DNA of 64,000 nt. Source: Anthoceros angustus. Lineage: Eukaryota; Plantae; Anthocerotophyta. The position numbers were made by a program, and so were the translations under genes. A model generated the notes under the pieces. That model had not been told where the DNA came from. It saw nothing but the letters and a program-made list of their open reading frames with translations, and did no database searches. Shown here piece after piece: positions 1-10,935 of this stretch. Where the stretch lies: assembly GCA_010909165.1 (NCBI GenBank), contig VJWM01000011.1, positions 1,364,001-1,428,000 on the forward strand, written 5' to 3'. The number at the start of each line of letters is the position of its first letter. Position 1 is the stretch's first letter.

Positions 1-560
1 TGATATAGATATTGCTATCGACTCTAGCTTAGCAAATCCTAGTGCTTCTAGGGTTTCATCTAGCTTAGCATACCACTCCATAGCACTTTGTTTTAATCCG
101 TAAAGTGCCTTCAATAATAAGCAAGTATTGTATAGTCTCCTGTCAACCTTTAATCCTTCAGGTATCTCCATGTAAATGGTATGTTGAAGGTCACCATAGA
201 GAAAGGCAGTTTTTATGTCCAGTTGCATGAGTTCATAGTCATGATGAGAAGCTAGTGCTATGAGGGTTCTAAGTGAGGTGATCTGGCACTACTAAATGTC
301 TCATCATAGTCAAATCCGTATTTTTGTGAGTAACCCTTGGCCACTAATCTAGCCTTATACCTTTCTATGCCGCCATCGCATTCAACTTGATTTTAAATGT
401 CCACTTAGACCCTACAAGTTTTCTTCCGGTGGTAAGGTAGTAAGGGTCCAAGTTTTATTGGCTTTAAGGAGTCTAACTCGACTTGATTGCTATCTTCCAA
501 TTTTCTCTTTACGGGCATGTGATGGCTTCCGATAGTTAGCTGGGACAAACCGATCAATTG
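1..560 (-). mobile_element. Ty1/Copia reverse transcriptase fragment (degenerate, runs off window)
   Basis: Manual minus-strand translation gives [49 protein letters not shown] and LKALYGLKQS, with stops and frameshifts. Confidence 0.85.
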
Positions 561-1376
561 CGGATAGGCGAAGCTAAAGTGTTTTAGGATCTCCAATTAG
601 TGGGTGAATATCTACGATCTCGACCGCATTGCTACGCTGAGGGCGTCTTCCTCTTGTGTCGGGATATTCGATGGTCGTGTTACATTTGCATCCAAGTCCT
701 CGTGGTCAATGTCTTCATTTCCTAATAGGTCTTGAAGTTGTGTGGTATCCACGGAATTATGTATATTAGATATACCATAAGAAATCAGTTCACCTTGCTG
801 AGTGCCGATGAAATGAGATGTTTGAGGAAACGATGAGAAGTCGAGTCAGTATGCGGTATGGGTCGAGCGCGAGCCACGGGTTGCCGGTGGCGATGTGTTG
901 ATCGCTCAGTGCACGCGGTGAGTCTGCGGCCGGCGAAGTCGCCGCTGCGCTGCGGCATCCGGGCAGTCATCTCGGTCTTGTCGCGTAATTCGTGGCGGTA
1001 GACTCGGATCTGCTTGTCCCCGCTCAAGGGCGGGCCTGCGGGCGGCGAGATCTGAGGAGGAGAGGCATGGGCGTCAAGTCAAGGTCGCCAAAGTGGATCT
1101 TCGATATCTTAGATCCACCTCGACATGGGACTTCTATATCGGTCATCCACCAAGCCGGTGAGCCTCTCCAACTCCAAGGATTCGGTGATCTGATTGGGCT
1201 GGAGATCATGGCCTCGGGAGGAGCATCGGCTATGTATACACGCTAGGAGGGACCACTAGTTGGAGTAGCAAGCGGCAACAAGTTGTAGCCTTAAGCTCCA
1301 CGAGCAGTATCGCTCATTAACACATGCTAGCAAGGAGGGACTTTGGCAACTGCTCCAACTTTCAGAATTAGGAGAA

Positions 1377-1861
1377 GTGCAACTTTTGCCAAGACCTCTC
1401 TACTGCGACAACCAAGGCGCCATCTCACTCACCTATAATCCCAAGTTCCATGCGCGCACCAAACACATTGAGGTGCAATTTCATTTCATCCGAAAAGTGG
1501 TTAAAGATGGTAAATTAGAAGTTTTGTATTGTCCAACAGAGCAAATGACGGCAGATATCCTGACCAAGGCACTCACCAAGCATCAACAACAACTGCGCAT
1601 CCATGGGGCTGAGAAAATTATCGAGATGTTTAGTAGTAGTTCAAGCTAGGCTAGACTAGCATCACAACTTAAGTACCTAATGCATGCACGCTAAGTGGGA
1701 GTGTTGAGATATGTAGCGTCCTAAGCATTAGGGCACGCTTCGTGCCAATCACGAACGTTACTTAATTAAGCGGTTACTTCGCCAAGTTCCGCACCGTAAG
1801 AACAATACCTTATGTACATTCGAGAGATCGGGGCGCAAAATCTATACACCTGTGCGCATCA
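1377..1861 (+). mobile_element. Copia 3' end: RNase H fragment, PPT and start of LTR
   Basis: ORF 1377-1649 contains LYCDNQGAISL..NPKFHARTKHIEVQFHFIR..QMTADILTKAL. PPT AAGTGGGAG (1693-1701) is followed directly by TGTTG at 1702. LTR end is approximate. Confidence 0.85.
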
Positions 1862-1879
1862 ATCTAGAGCACATGCAAC

Positions 1880-2390
1880 CTTAAACATTCCTTCTGTCCC
1901 CAATGTCAGCCCCCCTGGATTGCTCGTGTGTGCCCCTACAGAATATAACATGATTTGTTGAAGGCTCGACTCCCGGACTTTGAGATTTGATCCGCAAAAT
2001 AGGAGGATGTGTGGTAATAAACTCACGGGATGTATCATTCTGCTTCTCAATCTTGATGCTCGCAATCGAGTTGCGAGTACTTAGTCTGGCTATCCCTGAG
2101 CACGAGCGTGAAAGTGAGTGAGTGTGTGTCCCAGAGAAGAAATCAACCGCCAGTGATAGCCCAATGCACAAAGAGAGCGGTGAATTTTCTGTAACCAAGG
2201 AAACGGAATGCACATTTTGTGCTGCGAATCAAGGGTTGAGAGTCAGGTCCTCAGAGGAGGAGGCTGGCGGCTCCTAGCCACCTGCACAGTAGCTGCCTCA
2301 AGGAAGTCCAAAGCGGGACTGCCCGCTTTCAAGCATCTGGCAGGCTTGTACTGCCACGTTAACGCTCCCGGCGTGGCCCAGGGTTAGTTC
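1880..2390 (-). pseudogene. GH3: GH3 pseudogene fragments (two non-collinear pieces)
   Basis: 1890-2070 aligns by eye to the intron-2/exon-3 boundary region of the GH3 gene at ~23850-24030 (MLYSVGAHTSNPGGLTLGT vs MLLYSIGTQSSSPGGLKVGT). 2220-2390 aligns to its last exon, 22440-22620 (WQYKPARCLKAGSPALDFLEAA). Confidence 0.75.
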
Positions 2391-2587
2391 AAGTCGCACC
2401 AAGTAACATGCCTTCTCACATGGCGGATGTGTCTGAGGTAAAGAGGCGTCCACCTCCTCTGACAAGTTTGCTTGGGGGGACGGCAAATGAAATAGGGTTC
2501 CTGTCAAGCGAAGGAGCACCAGAGTTCTCTGAACGTCATCCTAGAGTTCCTCTGCCTTTGCTTATTGAATTCTTGCAACTCAGGAAC

Positions 2588-2731
2588 GATGGCTTTCTAA
2601 ATGTTGTTAATGAACCCGATGAGGATGGCTATCTAAATGTTGTTAATGAACCCGATGAGGATGGCTATCTAAATGTTGTTAATGAACCCGATGAGGATGG
2701 CTATCTAAATGTTGTTAATGAACCCGATGAG
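2588..2731 (+). repeat. 36-bp tandem repeat x4, in frame within orphan ORF 2408-2923 (DGYLNVVNEPDE x4)
   Basis: Unit GATGGCTATCTAAATGTTGTTAATGAACCCGATGAG, read directly. Confidence 0.9.
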
Positions 2732-3109
2732 GAAGGCGGTCCAAAGGATAGTTCCGGGGCAAGTAGCATGAAGAGCACTTACGAAGTCCTCATGGAGGAA
2801 AATCTTGGACTTCGTGTTATAATTGATCAGGTCCTACTGGAACAAGAAATGGATTCAGGTATACCCTTGTTAGATGACACAAAGTCGGAAAATCACAAGA
2901 GAGGTCATAGAGCTCTCGAGTAGGTAAGTGAAATTCCATAATCCGTGACCTAGTTGTGGAAGGCTTGCTGTGAACATGCTGGAGAGACACGGAGTGTGAC
3001 GAAGTACTTGTTATGAACTGCATTCGTGGTCAATATTGGAGAGAAACAAAGTGTGACGAAGTACTTGTGATGAACTGCATCAATATTTTTAATATTAAGT
3101 TATAACAGG

Positions 3110-3275
3110 CCTAGTGGTTAGGACACTGGACTCTGAATCCCCTTGTAATAAATTGCATTCTAAGTCAATATTTTTAATACTTAGTTATAACAGGGTCACA
3201 TAGTCTAGTGGTTAGTTAGGACAAGATCAAATCTCGAGATTTGTCTCGATAGGACCCGAGATCAAATCTTGGTAG
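3110..3275 (+). pseudogene. Fragmented tRNA-Gln(CUG)-derived relic
   Basis: CTAGTGGTTAGGACACTGGACTCTGAATCC (3111-3140) matches the D-arm plus CUG anticodon arm of plant tRNA-Gln. GGTCACATAGTCTAGTGGTTAG (~3194) is 5'-end-like and ACCCGAGATCAAATCTTGGT (~3254) is T-arm-like. No intact cloverleaf. Confidence 0.55.
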
Positions 3276-3339
3276 TTTATGTGATAAAAATCTTGGTAGT
3301 TTATCACCGTATTTCTGTTTCATCGATTGCATTGACTTT

Positions 3340-4330
3340 TGCGGCGTTCACCACAAAGAACTTCTTCTTGTCCAATGCAATATGTTCACGACAAAGAACT
3401 TCGACTTTTACGGCATTCACCACAAAGAACTTCTTCTTGTCCCATGCAAAGTGTTCACCACAAAGAACTTCTTCTTGTCCCATGCAAAGTGTTCACCACA
3501 AAGAACTTCTTCTTGTCTATCACAAAGTGTTCACCACATAGTACTTCTTCTTGTTCAATGGTTGTATTGCCTTTTGCGGCTTCTTGTCCAATACAAATTG
3601 TCCGCCACACAAAATTTCTTCTCCAATTGTTGTACTTACTCTTGCGGCTTCTTGTCCAGTATAAATTGTCCACCACACAAAACTTCTTCTTCTCCAATGG
3701 TTGTACTATTTTGCGGCTTCTATCCAATACAAACTGTCCACCACAAAAAACTTGCTTGATGGAAATATTGTTATTTTGCCCCCGTGTAAAGAAGAAGACG
3801 AAGCTATCATATAGAATATCTTGTGAATGCCCTGTGTATGGAGGAAGGTTGAGTGCGTCTTGATAGAGGAACATTGACTGCAATATAAATTGTCCACCAC
3901 AAAAAACTTGCTTGATGGAAATATTATTTGCTATTTTGCCCTTATGTGAAGGAAAAGACAGAATCTATTCTTGATAATATCATGTATATAGAGGACATTG
4001 AGCACATCCGTCCTGAGTATACAGGAGGTTGAGTGCATCCTGATATAGGAAGTTTGAGTGCATCTTGCGTAAAGAAGAGGAAGAATCTATTCTAGAGAAT
4101 GTCCTGTGTATAGAGGAAGGTTGAGTGCATCTTGATTGGCGACTTAGTTCTTCAGAAGTTCTCCAGGCAAGCCAAATTGCAAAAAAGTAAGCGAATGTCA
4201 TGTGTATAGAGGAAGAGAGTACATCTTGATTGGCGACTCAATTCTCCAAAATGTATTATAAAGAATGTCCTATGTATAGAGGAAGGTTGAGTGCATCTTG
4301 ATTAGCGACTCAGTTCTCTCGGCAAGCCAT
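3340..4330. repeat. Composite degenerate minisatellite array
   Basis: 38-bp units (CACAAAGAACTTCTTCTTGTCCCATGCAAAGTGTTCAC), then ~68-bp units (GCGGCTTC..AAATTGTCC.CCAC), then repeated GTATAGAGGAAGGTTGAGTGCATCTTGAT blocks. Confidence 0.8.
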
Positions 4331-4446
4331 ATTGCAAAAAAGTCAGTACTTAATAGTGTATCCACAAACCTTCCTCCTATGGGCTTGTATCTGAAAATGT
4401 TTGTGGATTACGAGACACACACACTCACGCAAGCATACATTGATAA

Positions 4447-4575
4447 TGTTGGAAAGACACAATAGAAGTAACCTGTAAAACGGTTACAACCGTTCATAAG
4501 CCCTCTTAAGTAAACTAGATAACCTACTTGGTATAACGTAATGTACAGTATATATTAAACCATACAATTCTAACA
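4447..4575 (-). repeat. 3' LTR (129 bp) of the Copia element
   Basis: Termini TGTTGG...TAACA (TG..CA with inverted TGTT/AACA). Preceded on the minus strand by PPT GAGTGGGAG (4576-4584). Confidence 0.8.
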
Positions 4576-4868
4576 CTCCCACTCATTAGTTATACGACGA
4601 CAACATTAAATAAAACTAGGATAAACAAATATCCAGAAACTTGTACGCCCCAACATCTGTACGCGCGAACGCCCTTAGTCTCCAGCTCATGTACTGGATA
4701 CGCTCACACCAATTATGCTAGCCCATCTCCTCGTGAACTCAGGGCACTCCCGCCTAAGGCCGCTGCAGCTACGCCGCTATTTGTCGCTGAAGCCATGGCA
4801 GGAGCGGCTGGAGCTCCCATCGCCTTATCTGCCTCTGAAGAGACGGGACACCAGGGTGCTGAGGAAGG

Positions 4869-5438
4869 ATGCGATGCGGTGCTGAATCTGCTCAGAGCGC
4901 TCCTGCTCCTATCCATGCTGATCTGCGTCTTGTGTGTGACTGCCAGTCGCTTGTGCCACCCAACTGCCCAGTACACCCAGATACCATCCAGGCATGGCAG
5001 GCTGCAGAGGCAAACGACTTCTACAACATGACAGTGTACTGGAAGGAGCGGGTGAAGGAAACGGAGGACAGAGAAGATAGACTGGCACGCGAAGTGGAGC
5101 ACCTGAAGAAGAGAATAACTCTGGCAAAGCGCAGACCCTGCACTTACCCTGACAAGGAGGAAGGCAGCATAAAACTGATGAAGACGGGGGAAGAAGGGGG
5201 AGACGAGGTGATTGTTCCCTCAAACTTCAAGCCCAAGAACTACAAGCTGCCTATTGGTGACCTGTACAAGACTAAGAGGCTGGTGTCTGACGGAAATGGG
5301 GTAGACAACCCTCAGACCCCTGAAGTCTACTGTTGCTCTTCAACAGGGATCACCATGGTTAGAGACAGATGGTATAGATGGGGTGGACATGGTGGGAATT
5401 TCATTTCGTTCTACGGTAAGGACCTCCTGCACATCTGA
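4869..5438 (+). CDS. Uncharacterised antisense ORF inside Copia 3' region (probably extends 5' via a frameshift)
   Basis: 189-aa ORF with a Cys/His segment, a charged coiled-coil-like segment and an aromatic C-terminus. It lies between the pol stop (5704) and the PPT (4584). Confidence 0.45.
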   Translation: MRCGAESAQSAPAPIHADLRLVCDCQSLVPPNCPVHPDTIQAWQAAEANDFYNMTVYWKERVKETEDREDRLAREVEHLKKRITLAKRRPCTYPDKEEGSIKLMKTGEEGGDEVIVPSNFKPKNYKLPIGDLYKTKRLVSDGNGVDNPQTPEVYCCSSTGITMVRDRWYRWGGHGGNFISFYGKDLLHI

Positions 5439-8280
5439 TTTGGCTCCCACTATTTGTGTGGTTTGAGAAGTGCTAGGACTAGCCCTGACTCTATAACACA
5501 TGTATGCAGTGTCTGAGAGGAGGATGTACGAAGAGTCTGGCATGGACTGGAGCCACATGGACAGCAATGAAGAAACAGAGTCTGAAGAAGAGCTTAGGCA
5601 GAAACATAAGCAACCACCTACCTACCCATCAAGCTCCAATGAGGACGATAGCGACTAGCCCTCTAGGAACAGACTATGCTTTCATATGCTGAACTTATCC
5701 TTCTCATGACTGACTGCTGGACATGGTTATGTGACCAGACTCTAAGACTCCAAGTGACTCCTTGAACCGGAAATGTTTTGCTCTGGCTAAGGACTTGGTG
5801 AGAATATCTGCTACATTTGCATCTGTTGGGATATATTCAAGCTTGATCTGACCTGAGCTAACAGCGTCCCTGATAAAATGATGATGCACCTCGATGTGCT
5901 TGGTCCTCGCATGAAAAACAGGATTATGTGCCAAAGCCAGTGCTGACTGATTGTCGCAGTAGATAGTTGTGGGTTCACGTTGAGCTTGGCCCACATCTTC
6001 AAGTAGCCTCCTTAGCCAAATTGCTTCCTTGGCTGCTTGTGTTAATGCTGAATATTCAGCTTGACGACAATGACACAGTGGATTGTTTCTTCGAGGACCG
6101 TGACTGCACCACCGGCTAACAAGAAGGCGTGCTGACACAGACTTCCTGGTATCGGGATCTGCCCAGTCTGCATCGCAATACCCTATCAAGGTGAGCATGT
6201 CCTCATCACGTGACTGTCTAGAGTAGTGGATTCCATGATTGCTAGTGCCCTTCAAATACCTAAGGATACGCTTAGTGGCTGACCAATGTGGCCTGCTAGG
6301 ATCCTTCAGAACCGCGAACTCATTACGGCAAAAAACATCAGGCCTAGTATGGTTCGAACAGAAGATTAGAGAACCTACTGCCTGTGCATAGGGAACTAAG
6401 GACATCTCATCACGCTCTGCATCAGTATGTGGGGATTGGGACTTGCTCAACTTACAACCCGCTTCTAAAGGAGTAAGAGCTAGCTTAGCTTCAGCTAGCT
6501 TATACTTATACAGCATATCATAGATATATTTCTCCTGGTGAATCACTAATGTGCCCGATGCGTCATCCCGCAGGAGTTGAGTTCCAAGAAATAAGTAAGC
6601 TCACCAATGTCCACCATATCAAAACGACCAGATAAGAGAGTCTTAACCTTCTTTATGCTGGCAAGATCAGTTCCCATAAGTATACAGTCGTCGACATATA
6701 AGGCCAGAATAACATAGCCTGTCTCATGTTGCTGCAGATAAACATTGGTGTCTGCTAGGCTTTTGACGAAGCCAAACTCCAGAAGAAACTCATCTATGCA
6801 GAAATACCAAGCTCTAGGGCTTTGTTTCAGCCCGTATATGGTCTTGAGCAGCTTACAAACATGGTCTTCTTTGCCTTTTAGCTCAAACCCTTCAGGCTGC
6901 TGCACGTAAATCTCCTCCTCTAACTGACCATGGAGAAAGGCAGTCTTAACATCCATTTGATGGATGAATAGTTTGAAGAAGGCTGACATAGCAAAGAGAA
7001 CCCTAAGTGACTGGGACTTGACAACAGGGGAAAAGGTGTCATGGTAATCCAGCCCAGGAACCTGAGAAAAACCATGAGCTACTAACCTAGCCTTGTACCG
7101 GGAAATGCTGCCATCTGCCTTGTATTTCAACTTAAAGACCCATTTAGAGGTGACAATTTTCCTCCCCGGAGGCGGAGGGCAGACATCCCAGGTATGGTTT
7201 TGTATCAGGCTATCGTATTCAGACGTAATGGCTTGCTCCCACTGCCTAGACTCTGGCCCACTAAGAGCATCTTTATAGGACTGAGGTTCATATCCAGGGT
7301 TGATGGTAAGGTTGACCACATCGACAACATCAACGACAAACTCATCAGCCTGAGAACCATGAGGGCGAGGGACCTTACGGAAATCCTCACTACGGTAAGG
7401 AGGCTCATGCCACTGAGAGGGAGGGCGATGAGGGCGACCAGACCGACGTAAGGAAGGAGGAGGCTGAGGAACAGGAAGGAGAAACTCAGCAGGGTCAGCA
7501 ATATCAGCATCCTCATATGGAGGAACAAAGCCGACAGGAGGGACCGGGCGGGGCATCGAATCGAGAATCAACATCGAATCAAGGCGGGTGCTATAGCACG
7601 AGGCAGCCCCTACAGGAGCAACCCACCAGTGAGCAGGGGATCGTGAACATCCACTGGAAAAGAGGCATCAAACTGTGGAAAAGTAACAGTGTCCAACTCA
7701 TGGTCAGAGTCATCACGACTGTCAAAATGTCCCGCAACATCAAAAGGGACAGAAACTGCAGAATCATCCAAAGAAGTAGCCTGAAGAACAGATCTCTCAT
7801 CAAAGACCACTGTCGAGCATGGAGTACCTTATGAGAGATAGGATTAAACAATTTGTACCCATGGATGCCAACAGTGTAGCCGATAAAAATATGCCGTTGT
7901 GATTTGTAAGAGAACTTCTGACGCAGTTTGTCCGGAATATGTGCATAGGCAATGCTCCCAAAAACTCGAAGATGTGATAAATCGGGCTTGACCCCTGTCC
8001 AAGCCTCAAAGGGTGTCTGTCCATGAAGGGATGAGACAACAATCCTGTTCTGAAGATATGTGGCAACTTGAACTGCTTCACCCCAAAATCGTACAGGCAA
8101 CCTCCCCTGAAACATAAGGGACTGGCTGCATCACAGATGATGCGATGGCGACGTTCAGCCCGGCCATTCATATCGGAATGATAAGGTATAGTGAGTTGTC
8201 TGGTGATTCCTCTTTCTTCGCAAAATTCTTGAAAGGCAGCTGACAAATACTCTTTGGCATTGTCAGATCTGAGGCTCAGT

Positions 8281-9550
8281 GGCAAGCGTCCCTTCCTATC
8301 GCTTTTGGGGCCACAGGTCTGCTTGCCATGGAGGCCTTAGTACCGACGGCTTTCCTTGGGAGCTGGGCCCTTTCTGCCCGCGTCTTCACCACTCGTTTCT
8401 TAATTCGGGATGTTCCCATCTTGGAGGCCTTCGTCTCGGGCGTTAAGGAGGGGGCTTTCTCTTTGCAGGCTTCCCTTAAGTTGGCTAGGGACTCCCTTTT
8501 CTCCGAGGCTAGGGCGGGCCTGCCTCCCTTTTCCTTGTTTTCCGTGGAAGGGCTACGTGGCCTTCAGGCCTCTCTCCAAGAGAAGAACTACAGGCAGGTG
8601 CAATGGGCAATCCTTCTAGACTCTACTACCTCCCAGTTCGTGCTCGCATCCGCTCTTTCTCGGGGAAAGGAGTAGGCTCCTAGCTTCTGGCTCGGCCTTG
8701 CATCCAGGCGTTCCGAATTGCACCAGCTTCTTTTTCTACTGCGATGAGGTTCTGCCTGGGTTTGGTCCAGCCTCTGTCCTGTTCTCTCTCAGCCTGCAGC
8801 TGTGGGGCTCCCCTCGACGACTCAAGGTCCCACCTAGCTCGTTGTCCAATTGGAGGGCAACGTATCGCTACGCATGACACCGTTCACGACGTCATGTTCT
8901 TGATGGCCAAGGAGAGCGGTTATTTTCCACATAGGGAACGTCCATATACCCTGCGCAATGGGTGTCGGTCAAGGCGGATCTATTTTTGATCCAGGGGAAC
9001 CAAACCTCTGTTGCGGATGTCGTCGTAACGGACGCTACCTGGAACTCCATTTGTGAGCATGTCATTATCAACCCTTCGAGCTGGGTGGCGGAGGGATGCG
9101 CGACTGCCAAGGTACACAAGTACACACCTTTGCAGGACGGCCACACCTTCATCCCCCTCGCCATTGAGACTCACGGGGCTATCTATGGGCAAGGATTTTT
9201 CCCGGCCCATTAAGGATTGTGCTAAAGCCCACCATAGTCGTCAGAATGGGGTGGGTCTCCCTCTTTCCTCAGTGGTGGCTTTCTTTCGAGAGTAGGTATC
9301 CATCGCCTTACAGAGGCTGCTGGCCAACGCTATTTACAGGACGACAACGAGCACACAAGACGAGGCATCATCGGCACCAATTGTTGGTAGGCCTTTCCTC
9401 ATCTCGAACCACGACATAATCGGGGCGGTAGGTAGCTTCGGGGTTGGCATTCGTGGGGGCTAGCCCCCTTGGCTCTTTAGTGGGTTGTCCCCCCTTTCGG
9501 GTAGATGGGTTTTCCCATCTTTTCTTTTTAATAAAGTCTCCTTTGTCCCA
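8281..9550 (+). mobile_element. 5'-truncated RLE-type (CRE-like) non-LTR retrotransposon
   Basis: RFCLGL..CSCGAPLDD..HLARC..G..R..HD zinc knuckle. KADL..DVVV..K..KY..FIPLAIETHG restriction-like endonuclease, then SIALQR. 3' UTR with AATAAA. About 75% similar by eye to 19371-20350. Confidence 0.75.
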
Positions 9551-10935
9551 TTTATGACTTAGACTTGCATGTTTAGTTGCCAAGAAGTTGTAGCTCTATG
9601 TTTTTCACATTATTTTAATTGTTCTTGAAAGAAGATTAAAATTTGATGTTTTATTCTATGGATATATGCACAGAGCAGGCCAGGATCCTGCCTTCCTAGC
9701 CCGATGTCTCGGCCATCTGGCCACCACCCTGGCATTGGAGCCAATACTCATCTATGTGTCCGTACATCTGGCCTTGGTTCTAGGTGCAGGAGCAGGAGCA
9801 GATTCTACGTGCAGAAGCAACCCATGAAGTCACACCGATGGGCATGGTTCCTCAGGGCTGCCATTCTTGGCAAATTCTGCAAGATGATGTCCGTCACCCC
9901 ATTGCCCAATCATCTGAAGACCACCTTTAAAGTGGAGGATTTTACCCTTAGCCTCTGCACCTCTTCATACTCATGGGCCACCTTCAACGAGCGGGTCGCT
10001 TCGTCACATGAACTAATCCGATTGTCTGAGTCAATTATACTGAAGTCCTTGAGCTCATCACGGAAGGTTGATCTTCCTATGATACGCATCCCGTGTCAAT
10101 GGAATGGCAGCAGAGAAGAAATCTTCGTGCGAACGAGCGTCCCCCAGTTGAACGTGCTGGTGACGATGATGGGAAACGACCACTCACATTACCTAGGAGC
10201 AAACTTGAGTGTCTCGGACTTTGTCCTGAAAAATGCAGCCCGCTTTCATCTGTTCCCATGTAGCCCATCTTTCCGAAGTCAAGTCGGGCCATGGAGGAAG
10301 CTGATTGGGGCTGCAGCTCTAGTCCAAGTCCCACCCCAACATCTTCTGGAAAGCGAGGGAGTTCATCGCCAAGCTTGGACGTATCACCTGCGGCAAAAAG
10401 TCGCCAACTGAGGTGCTGAGAGGAGCTCATGTTCGGGAATCTTCCGACAGGACACAAGTATCCACGAAGCTTTCTCTGTCTGTGACTGCCACCTGTTCGT
10501 GCCCTGCGAAGTCGTCCAACTTGGTACATAACTACTTATGTGAACCTCCTTCTTCATCAGCTGACCTTGGTAGGCCGAAGTCAACCATGAGCGTGGGTGG
10601 AAGGAGGTTGCAGGTGCCAATGCTACATTCTCCGGTGCAGGTGCAGGTTCAGGTCCAGCAGCAGGTGCCGATGTCCAGGTGAGGTGCAGGTGCCAATACT
10701 ATGTACTTTCTCCAAGTGCAGGCCAGGCTTGCTATTCTGCAGCAATTTCCCGGGTCCTGAGCACAGCTTAACTGCCCGCTCTTCAGCAGCTTTGTAAGCA
10801 CTGCCATTCACCGTCCAGGTCAGTCCACCAACCCTGGCCTGGCTGCTGTGGAGGCTGTGGGTTACTGCGTGTAGCGAGGACGCGTTTGTGAGCGGCTTAG
10901 TCTTGTCCATGCACTCCGACAGCGGTCCCTGAACT

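Larger units (their letters stand above)
4447..8280 (-). mobile_element. 5'-truncated Ty1/Copia LTR retrotransposon (integrase-RT-RNase H, extra 3' region, 3' LTR)
   Basis: Integrase: LRSDNAKEY, NGRAERR, FWGEAVQVATYLQNR. RT: KWVFKLKYK..YKARLVAHG, HQMDVKTAFL, LYVDD. RNase H: GYCDADWA, IYCDNQSA, HARTKHIEV, ADILTK. Several frameshifts; PPT and LTR at 4447-4584. Confidence 0.93.

Noticed and set aside
780-1300. GC-rich ORFs between the two Copia fragments
   Set aside because: No identifiable homology; probably TE linker or low-complexity sequence.
3340-3540. 38-bp repeats as a CRISPR array
   Set aside because: Head-to-tail units without unique spacers, no cas genes, and a eukaryotic intron-containing context.
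9704-10411. 235-aa plus-strand ORF
   Set aside because: No recognisable motif; only its 3' end is shared with the duplicated block, where the frame is not clearly conserved.
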